A stretch of DNA of 64,000 nucleotides from the NCBI GenBank assembly GCA_036172245.1, contig JAYWIR010000059.1:620001-684000 (forward strand). Direction: 5' to 3'. Made by a program: the position numbers and the translations under genes. Source of the DNA: Raillietiella orientalis (Eukaryota). The notes under the pieces are model-generated. The model was not told the DNA's origin and searched no databases. It saw only the letters and a list, made by a program, of their open reading frames with translations. Of the stretch, positions 1 through 11,199 are shown piece after piece; positions within the stretch are counted from its first letter, which is position 1, and each line of letters opens with the position of its first letter.

Positions 1-129
1 ATCCTCACAATTGAAGCTGGATAAATCCTCGCAGACCACAAGTCGAGAAAACCAAAAAAGAAGTCTATTGCTTCTGGTTTCCCCAGCTTGACTTCGATCT
101 GCCGCGTCCAACTTGCCACGTCGACCACT

Positions 130-1500
130 CAACCCGAGCCGACGAAGTCATTTGAGGTATTGCAAGCAGCCTGCATTGACACGAATAGCCTGCTTGACCA
201 CGCCTCCCCATCGCGCGCCTCGCCCGCGAAATCGCGCGCTCACGCGTCCGCTTCCCGAAGACAAACGAACGGAACGGTCGCCAGCGAGAAAGCCGTCCAA
301 GAAACTCGAAGAAACGCAGCGAGACGCGAAGAACCGCGCGAGCGGCGATCCCAGGGACGCTTCCGAGTGACCTCAAAGTGAGGCCACGTCCCCGCTTCTC
401 GGCAGTCGCGGCACCAAACCGAGCTCAGACAGGGGCAGCTGCTTCCAGATGGTTGCTACGGAGCAGCCAGCACCCGCCACCAGAGAACAGGGCCCGCGGT
501 TTGTCGATCGGCTCTCCAGAAACGCCGCCACCACCGACAGCAACGCCTGCAACCCTAGGAAATGGTCCGGGAATGGCTGCGGCATGGTCGGCGAGTCTGC
601 GGAATTCTTCGCCGCGTCCACCTGGGAAAGCCCGACCGCGCAGTCGGAACGCGTCCAAAGCCACGAGATTTTCCTGGATGCACCCCGCTGCTGAATCCAT
701 CCGCAGACTATGGAAACGCACTGCCGCTGGCCTCCGCTATCATCGCGTTCCACGGAGCAGTCGCGCGCTGCTTCAGTGGGCTCTCCTGGGCCTATCGAGG
801 GATTGCTCCGTCGCAAAAGACTGCGTCCCTCCCAACGGCGGTAGCAGGGCAGAGAGGGGTCGGTGCCGAGCAGATGGTCGGCAACTCAATCCGTGCAAGA
901 CACCTTGGACCACGTTCGGCGATGGTCGCGCGTTCCACAGACGCCTCGAGAAAGAGCAGTCACCTCTTCGATGCCGCGCACGGTCGCCTGCGAGCAACTT
1001 GCGGAGGATTCCCGGAGCTGCCTGGAAGTCCACCGGAACGGCGAAACGATATTCCCTGACCGAGAAGGCATCCAAGCTGCGCGCAACCGCTTCCAGCAAC
1101 ATCAGCTGCCAGCAGGAACTGCTCGACCTGCGGTTCCAACACGAACCGCGGCCATTCTGAGGCGGCTTCCCGGGAGAGTAATCGCCTACAGCGACACGCG
1201 CGCTCAATTCAAGGTCGGCGCCGTCGGCGCCTCTCCATCCCAGTGCGGCCCCCTACGGATCGCGGGGACCCCGCCCGGTGGTTGGCTGCGTCCTCTTCGG
1301 ACCTGCGAGAGGCCCGCGCGTTCTCGTCCAAATCTCTTCTCGCCCGTGCAAGGCGGACGCGAGGAAACGAGGCGCGTTCCCACGGCGGAAGTGGGCGAAA
1401 AGCGGAGCTCGAATTGCATCCGCCCCATCAGTGAGCATCCAATCTTTGTGGAGCCGTGTGCATCGGGAAGCGCAGTGGAGACGGGAGGAATCGATGGAGC
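130..1500 (+). pseudogene. Decayed PLS-E class PPR gene relic
   Basis: Collinear PPR-like peptides across frames: SAIIAFHG...RGIAPSQKT (~G+.P...T), GVGAEQMVGNSI (~G...D..VGNAL), RLEK/HLFD/MPRTVAC (~G.LE.A..LFD.MP.R.V.W), DREGIQA, LAASSSDLREARAF (~LARSG.L.EA..F), SHGGSGRKAELELHP (~E-motif HG...G..AAE.LLEL.P). Many frameshifts. Confidence 0.7.
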
Positions 1501-1649
1501 CTCAAGGCGTGCGCACGGCGCGCGGCCAAAGGGCAAGCTGCGGAGGCGACCAGCTTTCCTGAGCGCTCTCAGGCAGCGAAACCGAATCGGGAGAGTCACC
1601 TGCCCACCCGGAATTTGGCAAGCGAAGCGCGCGCGCGAGGCAAGGGAGC

Positions 1650-2820
1650 ATTCCGCTGCGTTCTTCTGGTAGTGGGAACGGTTGTCGCAGAAAACGACCG
1701 TTTTCTTACTCGAGCGCGAGAGAAGACCTTGGTCCGCGCATCGCGCAGGTCGATGCACGCTCCCTCCACGGTGGATCGAAAGCCCAGGGACCCGGGAGCG
1801 GTGCGTGGACATCCGCCGCTTTCGTCCCGTGAGGACGAGTGGATTCGTCGGGACGAGCGGCGGATGCTCGCGTGCCCGGCGTCCTCAGCGGGAGGAGGCG
1901 ACTGCACGGGCGAATCTGGCCCACGGGCAGCGGTGTGGCAGACGTCGAGACATCCGCGCAGCCGCTCCCCGACGAAGAAAGGATCGAATAGTTCGCGCGA
2001 AAGAGTTGCAGCTGCAGCGGATATGGAATGGGACGGCGCGATGACTCAGTTGGCGGCTCCTCGAGGCTGCTGCTGATGGGCACCGAAGCGCTGCGTCTCC
2101 GGAAGCGCCAACGAAAGTCCTCATTCCGAGTGAGCGCGCAAACTGGTGGCCAATTGCACGCAGCGATAGCGACGTCGGAAATGAGGGCGCCCGCCCGCAG
2201 TTTGCGTTCACGTCCGTCCGTCTGTGGGTTCCTGTGGGAATGGAGGGAGGGGACTCTCTGGCATTCTTGTCGCGGGGCGTTGCCATGGAACTTCTCACGT
2301 CGCCGAAGATCCTGGATGGCGTTCTCGAGCGAGCGCCACCTCGCTCGCTTTCGGTGCATCCTCTCACAGCAGCGGCTATCTTGACCTCGGACGGCGCCCC
2401 TCTTCTGGGCGGAACAAGAGCGGGCAGAATGGATTGCCCGGACTCCGGAAAATTTTGGAGATCGGCCCCACCCGACAGAAGCGGCAGGGCGGCGCTGCAG
2501 GTCAGGGAGTCAAGCGCACCGTCAATGCGGCAGCAAAGATTTGATTTGTTGCAGGCTCAGCGTCCCAATGCGAGAAACTCCGGGAAGCGCGTGGCTAGGC
2601 CTTGGGCGTTTCCGACTCCTGGACGGAGTTGATCGCATTGACGACGGCCAGAATGAAGTCGGCGGAGCCTCGTAGACGCGTCGTGACGCGAGGCACGGCG
2701 AGCGAATATTGCCACGCGTGGCCACCTGGACTGGAGGAGCCCTCGGGGAATCGGTTCGCAGGCGACGGAGGCGGCGAAGCCGGGTCAGGGCCCATCCGGA
2801 TTGCAGGCTGAGCCGCGAGG
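1650..2820 (+). pseudogene. Decayed PLS(-E) PPR gene relic
   Basis: DMEWDG..LLEA (~M.LDGV..LL.AC), AMELLTSPKILDGV, GASSHSSGYLDLGRR (~ACSH.G.LD.GRR), PRVATWTGGALG/RFAGD (~W..LLGAC+.HGD). Confidence 0.65.
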
Positions 2821-2849
2821 GCGGATCGCAGGGCCTGGCGCAGCCAACC

Positions 2850-4850
2850 AGCAGCGTCAGTTTGGGGATGATGAGCTATGCGCGCCACTGCAGGCGCACC
2901 GGAAACAAGGTGCCGACGGAGGAGCGACACTGAGCGTGCGCCTGCGCCGGTCAGCGTTCCCGTCGACCCCAAGGTCGCTCCAGGCCTGGCCCTGCAGCCG
3001 GAACGATCTCTTGGACGGCAAGGGAAGGACACACGGACCCTTCTCCGGACTGCTGCCGTCGTCGTAGCAACTTGTTGCCACGACTTGCCGAAGGGTCCCA
3101 GACGCTCGCGGAACACCCACGTCCCGCTTGCGCGGATGTCGGCAAGGGCAGCACGGCCTCCGTGCGGATGTGCGGTTCGACCGGGAAGTCGAGCGGACGC
3201 AAGTCGTCGCATGGCGGCTCGTGGAGCGTTGGATCGCCGAAGGCGTGGCTGCAACCTGCCCTTCCAAGCGGAAGATGCGCATCCGGCAGCAGAGGCGAGA
3301 TCCGGGGGACCAACAGTGGTTTCCGCGGTTGTGAGCGCCTCCTCCGATTGGAGGCGTACGTCTTCGAGAAGAGGACGTCGGTCGTGTCTCCTGGACGTGC
3401 ACGCCTGCGGAAGGGATGCCCACCTGGGATGGCGATGTGCGCGCGGGAGGAGTGGGTGTTTCCGCACTGATGGCCGCGTGGGGCAGCGGGGATGTTCCCG
3501 GAGAAGGGCGCTCGCGAATGTGGCGGATTCCCGCGGAGCCCCCGTTGCTCCGTGCGCTACGCTGAGCGACCTACCGCCCAGCACTGCAGTCTTCCCGGAA
3601 TTTCTCCACTTGCGGATACGATGGTCTTCGCGAGTGGGAGACTCGACACGCGTGGAATTCCGGGCGGTAGGAGGTCGGAGGATCCGCAGCGCGAGGAGGA
3701 ACCACCACTTCGTGACCACTTCTGGAAGCCACTACTGGTCCAGGTTTCTTCCTCCACCGGCTGACGTCGCTCCTCGACGTGGGAGAGGCGGAAGTGTTCC
3801 CGCTGTCCCTCTGCCCGTGTTCGTCGTCCAGCGCGCGCGCATTTCCAGGAGTCTGCATCGGGAACGCTTGTTGCGGGTTGCATCCTGGTACACGTGCTGC
3901 TGGTCTCCCCTGCAGGCCGAGTGCCTGGTGCCTTGCTGTGGCGCCTCAGGAGGCGTCGCGGCGTGCGTTGCCTTATTCCGGGGATGTTCCGAAAATCCGA
4001 GGACACCATCCCGGCCGCGTTGCGCTGCGTTCGTCATGAGCCGTAAGCGCCTTGGGGGCCGAAAGCTGCCTTTCCAGTAGCTTTTCTGGAGCCCGTAACG
4101 CGCACCGGGGCGCTGATGGCGCGGAAGCAACGAGCTGCTTGGCGAGGCGATCGCGGATGGTGGCCGCCCCGGTCGCGCCCTGCTGACTAGGCTGAGGCAG
4201 CTCTGCGTCGCGATCCCTCCTATGCCTCCCGAAATCGTCGACGCGCTACCGAGTCGCGAGGAATGCTTCAGCACGGCATGAGGAGGAGAGAATTCATGCA
4301 GAACCAGCGAAGTCTTAGGAACGTGGCAGGTTGGCGCTATGCTGGGCCGGCAAGCGGAGGGCGGTTGCTCGGGGCGCGTGGCCAGAGCAGATGCTTGAGG
4401 TGCGCGGCGGTCGGCGCGCCTGAGCGGGCTTTCGGGTGCGCATCGGAGAGGAGGGCGCACTGGTGTCCCTTCGTCGCGAGGGGGCCGAACGGGCCAGTAT
4501 CCGTCTTTTCGGGTGGCAGACCCACAGGGACCCCTTTACGTAGCGGAGAATGCTGACCTCCATGCGGATGGCGTGAAGCTGCGGGCGCTTTTTCGCGATG
4601 TCGAGCCCCCGCTCGATGCTTCCGGAAGTGGCGTCTCCGCTGAACCCAAGGATGCGGTGGCGTTGCTTGTCTACGAGCGAACCGTCGTCGAAACTTTGGT
4701 CGTCCGCGTGTTGGCAGTCTCTTCTTGTCGCGTGCAACCCTCATTTCGTCTTGGCCTTCGATCGCAGGTGCGCTCGCGCGCCCTCGGCACGCGTCCAGGG
4801 TATCTGCGGTTGACGTAGCTGCTTTGCTCCCTTCCGGCTTGTTGCCGCCT
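2850..4850 (+). pseudogene. Decayed PLS PPR gene relic (GC-rich)
   Basis: VSLGMMSYARH, FDREVERTQVVAW (~FDRMPERDVVAW), AYVFEKRTSVVS, GHHPGRVAL, RNVAGWRYA..SGGRLLGAR, DLHADGVK (~MDLEGVKP), LGTRPGYL (~LGRAG.L). Confidence 0.7.
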
Positions 4851-4949
4851 CCTCGGCGTGCGCTTGGCTGCAGCAAGACTTCCCCGAACGTTGGCGTCTC
4901 CTTCTAAGTTCGTTCTTCCACCAAAGATATCTTCTCAGCTGCATCTTCG

Positions 4950-6700
4950 GCTCGACCCTTCGTTCCTTGCTTTTCTCTTGGGTCGCCTTGCAATGGGAGC
5001 ACCCTTCTATCGGAAGAGCATTGCTTTCCTTCCGAAAGGAGGGGGACTTGGCTTGCACCCTTCTGGAGTTTTCGTCGGATTCTCCCGGAAGAGCGTTGCA
5101 CTGGCGGTCTGTGGCAGTCCTGGATTCAGCACTTCCCCGAACCTCCAAGAGTGCATCCTGGATGAGCGGTCCGACGAATGGGCGACGGGATGTGGCTCGT
5201 CCGTCCCGCATTGGTCTGTAGAATTTTCTAGAATGAATAAGCCGAGCACTTGCACAATTCAGTGGTGAGTCGCCTTGCTGTCCAGGATCGAGCGAAGATG
5301 CCTTTCCGCGCTGTCAGTCGAAAATCGGTCGGTTTCCTGGAAACGGCGTCCTCCCTCTGTTTTTCCAGGTCGCCGAAGATTCCGTTTGGGGCAGTTGGAG
5401 CGAAACGAACGCTTCCCGGTCTTGTGCATGCGGATTGACTGCGTGCATGGGTGATGATGGGAGCATCCCTTCTGCGACCTGCGCTTTCCGTAGGGACTGT
5501 TCTCTGGGTTGCGAGCATCGAATGGGGATGCCGTCTTGTGTGCCTGGATGTTGCTGAGCAATCATTACTCTTCCGAGTAGTTTCGAAGGGATGATGGAGG
5601 GGAACACGCTACTCGGAACAGATCAGCTCGTTGCGGCTACTTCTGGTCCGAATTTTCCCTTTCTCATCGATGCCTCCTCCACTCTCTTAAATTCCGAATG
5701 GCTGCCTTCCTGCACCCTCGGCGACTTGGGACTTGCGTAGAGAGGCAGTCCGACGTCGCTTCCAGGATGCTAGGAATGGGAGCCGAGTCCCGCCGTCTGG
5801 TGGACTGCCTTGAGCCGGTGGACTGCTCAGCGACAAAATGAAGGAAGGTTTTCCGTCTGGCCTTTTGACTCAAGTTGCATGTTCCGCGAGATGTTGCGAA
5901 TGATGAAACGATGGGATAAGGAAGCGATGGCAAAACGTTGTGGACCTACGTTGTGAGAATATGGATGTTTGGTCCAAACTTGTTGTTAAAATTGGAAAGA
6001 TGGGAGACCAAGAAATCTGCGGACGTTTGCGTATTTCCATGAACTGTGTCCAAAGGTCTGTTAGGTGGGAGATCATGCTTTCCGCGTCTGCATCGCAAAG
6101 CAAGAGAGAAATTCACCAGCGGCATCAAGTGACAATTTAAGTCGAGAATTGCGAATGTGACGTCAATTTTGAAAGAACAATGCTTGGGGAAAAAGTCCCT
6201 TCAACAATGATCGTGCGTGTGCAAAAATGGGTTAGATGGAAGGGAAACGCTATCCTGGATTGACTTAAAATTGCTTTGTGGAAACAGCAAGCATGCTGGC
6301 GTTAAAAAATCTATATTGGCGCACTTGTTACGTTCGAGGGACTAACAAGCAAAAGGGAAACCCAAAAATTCAATTTTGCTTGTTATTCCTGTAAATGAGA
6401 CGTTTGAACTGCGTTGTAACGAAGAGTGAATCTAGCGGTGACTGCCTGATACCTGACCCGCTGTTGTCCTGGAGACGAGTGCTAACACGTAATGCAGTCA
6501 TTTTGAAACGCGAAGGCATTTTCCCAGGGGAATCAGTTTTGTGGGCTCTACGTAGGTGTTCCTCAGCTGACGCAGCAACATGAGAACCACAAGCAAAGCT
6601 TCTGGAAGCATACTGGTGGTTGAAGCTGTTAAACAAACTGGGAACCCACACTTCGTCTTGTTGACAGCATAAGCTTGCTCTGCCGCGAAGAAAACCTTTG
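4950..6700 (+). pseudogene. Decayed PLS PPR gene relic
   Basis: GLHPSGVFVG, FSRMNKP, MPFRAVS, TLPGLVHA, FEGMMEGN, LVVKIGKMGDQEICGRLRISM....VRWEIMLSA (ORF 5940-6140), PDPLLSW..LKREGIFPGESVLWALRRCSS (ORF 6395-6583). Confidence 0.7.
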
Positions 6701-7279
6701 AATCAGTAAGCTAGCCGATGGAAAGCTCGAAATAAATGACTCTTTGAATAATTGCGATGATCTGTCACAAATAAAATGTCAGCTGATAATACTGACGAAT
6801 GATATACCATAGAATAAATTCCTGAAAACCATTGTTTGCATGTTCCAGCCTAGTTTGGAAACCTACCGAAGTCTTTGCAAGTTTAAAGGCAATGTGACAA
6901 ACCCTAACGACCTGGGTGTTTTTGCTTCTGAATCTACATTAAGTAGCAGTGTGTACTTTTGAGCTTGAACCTGTAGCAATGCAGTGATTTTTTATTGATT
7001 CTCCCTGATCATCCACGTGGAACAAGATCTGTGATTATAAACCCATGCTTAGGAAGAACTCCATTGCATTAAAATAACAGGTCATTAGAATCTGTATCCA
7101 CCGATAACTGCGTGTTTATTTTTTTTTAATTAGGAAGGGATTCGTTTGGCATTCGTGAGTTTGAAACAGACAAAACTGCTGATAGAAAGGCTCGGCTTTT
7201 CTTTTTCTTTTTTTTACTTTGTATCCGAAAGAATGTGTAGTGATTTTTGAGATGATTGATGATTGAACTGGAAAACTGA

Positions 7280-8200
7280 GTGCAATTTCTAATGCCGCCA
7301 CAGAGACTCATGTCTATGGGAAGAAAATACGTGATTGTGGGAATCATTAAGAATGATGGAAACCCTCCTCAAAACTTGGATCACATTGTTTTTAATAAAT
7401 TTATGCCTAGAAACTCCATGTTTCTTGGCATATATTTCTTGTTATCTTCAAGAAGAATGCCTTTCTCTCTCTCTCTCTCTTTCTTGTAGTCGTATAAAAA
7501 ACCAGATGACTGACTTCACCTCGGTGAACGCGGGAGCCAATAGGGACTCTGTTGTAGTGTCAGTGACTTCTGGTTAATGATATCCGTATGCTACACATTT
7601 AACAATTCATCCGTTAAGTGGTAGATGAGATGCAATGAAGACAGTGAGAACGCCAACATGAACGAATAACAGAATCACTGAATGATGCATGCAATTCTGA
7701 GATGACCTATCAACTCAATATTCTGGTTATAACCACACAATTGCAGCAAAATCATCAATTTCAAACAGTCGGCAATGACTATGTATCTTTTATATAAATT
7801 CATCATTCCAGAAGAGAATTCCTCAAATGCAATCCCGAAGATGAGTCATGGATACTTTTTTACTTGAAATATCTATTGATAAAGAAACTGCTCGTGCTCG
7901 ATAGAAGATGAGTCGAGATGATTGCAAAAATGGATGGGAAAGAGCACAGACATGAAAGGAGCTTATCGTCTTTTGAAGCCTGTCACAATTGAATCAAGCT
8001 GGACTTGACTACCCCTTGACTAGTTTAGCCTGGGTGCAGATCTTCTGGAACTCTGCATGTGCATTATGTAATTTCTCAAACTCAATACAGCAAATGCACT
8101 GCAGCTGCCAGATCCTGCGAATTCAATTCTACCTAGAGAGAAGCTTAGAGAGGTCTCATCCTGGTGCGAAAGCAGCAGATTTTTATTTGAAAATTATCAT
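7280..8200 (+). pseudogene. Decayed AT-rich PLS-E PPR relic (C-terminal part)
   Basis: IVGIIKNDG..FMPRNSMF, MSHG, MGKSTDMKGAYRLLKPVTIE (~LGRAG.L.EAY.L+..MP+EP), NALQLPDPANS (~E motif L.EL+P.NS). Confidence 0.55.
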
Positions 8201-8449
8201 TTGATTGGCTATTTAACCGTCCCTATTTCCACAATTACTCGGCGGAATATTCACTATTTATTCATTGCTATAACTGAAGTGGAAAAAATTGTAGGCATTC
8301 GGATGCGCTTCGAAGGTAGTGGTTAAGTAGTTAGTTCCTGATTTTTAAATAGAGGGCAATCTGAACTAATGATTCACTTTCCTTGCTATTTTATCCTAGT
8401 GCATTATTAACTAATGTATTGATTATCTAGTACATTAAACCACGAATCT

Positions 8450-8720
8450 ATGAACAGGAGGATGGATTATTACAAAGCTGGGGCTTTCACTTTTGCCACT
8501 GGAAAGTTTGGGGCGTGGAAATTTTCATCTGAAGAGGAAGCAATGAGGGCTTTAGGGTGTGTTGATGACGGTTGCATGGGAACAGGACTGGGAATTAACT
8601 TTAATTTCAGTCACATGAATTGCGATCTTACTTTCTACAAAACTCGTTCGAAAATCTGCTTCTTGAGAATGGTTTGCAGACTCTAATTCTTTGTGAAGCA
8701 ATCGAAAGCTTTTGTAGACT
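8450..8720 (+). pseudogene. PPR relic (L-type motif)
   Basis: MNRRMDYYKAGAFTFATGKFGAWKFSSEEEA...GTGLGINFNFSHMNCDLTFYK resembles M.R.G+.PD.FTF..+L.AC...G..EE....G+..D..+.N.L+.+Y.K. Confidence 0.5.
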
Positions 8721-9569
8721 TGATTTAATTTACACACCCCTTTTTTTTTTTATACGAATTTTCAAATTCATGTTTTGTCTCTCGAGAAATTGGGCATTTG
8801 CATTTTCCTCAACTTCCGTTTCCCTCATTGCTCATTTCATTATTGCCTCTCTTGCAGCTCTTTGGTATTAACCTCAGTGCTCTGATCCGATTTGAATCTG
8901 TGGAGCACGTTCGCTATTCCCCATTCAATTTCCAGCCTTATAATTTCTGATATCACGAACACTTTCTTGAAATTCTAATTTATTCTGTTGTCACTTGGGG
9001 GCAGGCAGTTTCATAATCAAATCCTATCTCGCCAGCTTTCGTTTTGGCTTCATCAGAACTCAGGTGTATGTATTTGTCTCCCATGACCACAGGAGCACAG
9101 GAGCATTTATATACCTCTAGTGCCGTTCTCTCGCGTTGATTTGACGGCTTCCGAGGATGGACCCTAAAGACGAACACGAGAGTTCATATGCCGATAATTC
9201 ATCGTGAATATTCCAACTAAAAGGAGAGTCGGCATAGCTGACTGACCTTTTAGCTGGCTTTGCATCTTCTTTCTTTTGAGATATGTGGGTTCTCTGTGTT
9301 GAAGTTGCTGCTTTCTCTTGTCTTATAGCTCAAAGCTTGTTGCTGAGTTCTTCCCCATTTCAGAGCGTACTTTACTAGGTTTGCACTTGACTTGATTCTT
9401 TTAAGATCACAGAGGCAAAACATTTGCAGGCTGCTCTTATCAGCGTTTAGTTTTAGTGGCTAACGTCTGTAGCTACGAAACATTCCCTGAGAAAAGTGAC
9501 TTTGTCTGCTTGGATCAAGATGTTCTCACTCATTAAACTTTAGCTATTTTTAGTACAGTTGGCCTAAGG

Positions 9570-10660
9570 CGAAACCATGGAATCTAATGATGAAAAGGAT
9601 GGAGAATGAGAAAAGTACTGCAACAGGCCCGTGCTGGAAAACGCGGTCCGAATCTGCAAGCCAATGTTTTCCACGAGGTATTGGCTTTCCGGTAGCTGCA
9701 GGCGCAAATCGTTGGGAATAAGTAGCTGCATCTTAAGCAGATTTCGATTCTCAAAGAACATCTACCCAGCCTCAAGCCGTTTTAGCGAGTAGGAAACGTC
9801 AGCAATTAGCTGATTAGTAGCCGTGGCTTCGGCTCTTTTCCCAGAAGGATCGAAACAAACCTGAGCGTGAAACGCGGGGCGCATCTGGAGATTTCTCCTA
9901 TATGGAAATGCATTCTCAGAGATTGTTGCATCGTTAAAAACAGGAGATTCGTTGAGTCCGTACCAAAGCAAATAACCAACGTCGAATAGCCGATGTCCGT
10001 TTGCTTAGCGGTCTCCGCTTTCAAGGATAATCCTCGGCATTGATTTTCCTGATGCTGCTGAAATTCCTCGGCCGTGCTTTATATCACGTAAGCAAAGAAC
10101 AGAACAAGCGGCATAATTAATCGGCTACTCAGGAGGGGAAATTCAAGGAACGCAAGTTCAAGCAAACGCCGTGGCAGTGCCAGGCCGCCAGGAATTCGGT
10201 AAAACTTGCCCTGAAGTTGAGCGCAGGCAAGAGTTTGACTGATGTGTCACTTGATCCCTAATTCACTGAACAAGGTTTTTCTTTTTCTTCTTTCTCTCCC
10301 GTACAGAAGAAAACCATTCATCTCTGGACGTTTTATCATGAGATCGCATCGGGGCAGCGGGCTCTTGGAATTCAATTCGAGAAGAAACCCACACAATAAT
10401 TCCAAGAAGATTTTCGGCGTCCAAAAGCCGCAAAGAAAATGTGGCTCTCCTGAGATTTTTTGACTGATCGTCTCCAGCATTATTCCAGAATGTGCAGACG
10501 CTGCACCATTTTAGAACAGGCTGCTCAAGCGTCCAGACTTCTTTACATCTCCGTTGCACGGGAACAAGTGAACCCGTTGCTTGAATCTCTGTGCTCGAGC
10601 TTTCATGAAAAGATTTCTGAAAATTTCCAAGACGGAATCCATAAAGCCCCTCCCTGAAGA
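9570..10660 (+). pseudogene. Decayed PLS-E PPR relic
   Basis: WNLMMK/YCNRPVLENAVRICKPM, YGNAF, and DRLQHYSRMCRRCTILEQAAQASRLL...PLLESLCSSFH (ORF 10460-10657; ~P.L.HY..M+D.....L..A..L+......LL.AC..H). Confidence 0.6.
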
Positions 10661-11199
10661 GTGGAGGGCATGCATAGCGATCTTGAATCATAATTCCTCA
10701 TAAGTAACTGAGATATACTTTTTTTTTCTACTTTTGTTTTTTGTTTTTTCCGGGAAGTTTTGCCACTGAAATGAACGTCCGGTTTTTGAGCGCATTTTGC
10801 ATCTAAAGTGAAGCGTCTAAGATAAGGAAAATCATAGCGAACTCTTTTTTTCTTGCGCTTTTTTTTGCAATTCCCGAGCTTCTCCTGTTGACTGCAATAT
10901 TCTTTGCTGTTCGATAGTCCAACTCTTATTTCCTTCCTTCACTTAGTGACTCTTGCTGTCAGCGCGAAAAACCCCTTGCCATGGTCCTGCTGGGAGCAAT
11001 TCATTTCTTGAGTTATCATGCTCCTGCTGAAGATCCCTTCTGCTGGAGAGGCTCGTCACCATCCCCGCGCTCGAAGCCAGGGAATCCGCGGGAGAAGAGA
11101 TGTCGCTGTCTGGCAACCCCTGTCCCCGACGGGTCGTCCCTGAGCTGCTAGCAGCCACCCGTCGTCGTTCGCTCCACACCACTATCGCAACTGAAATCA

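Noticed and set aside
2595..4080. Long ORFs 2878-4080 (+, 400 aa) and 2595-3719 (-, 374 aa) as real genes
   Set aside because: Arg/Ala/Pro-rich stop-poor frames expected at this GC content; the recognisable PPR motifs hop between frames.
7463..7480. Microsatellites and homopolymers: (CT)n here, (CTA)n ~38933-38950, (TG)n ~61234-61248, poly-T ~46342-46359, and a 10-bp duplication ~20345-20364
   Set aside because: Ordinary simple repeats with no spacer structure; not CRISPR-like.
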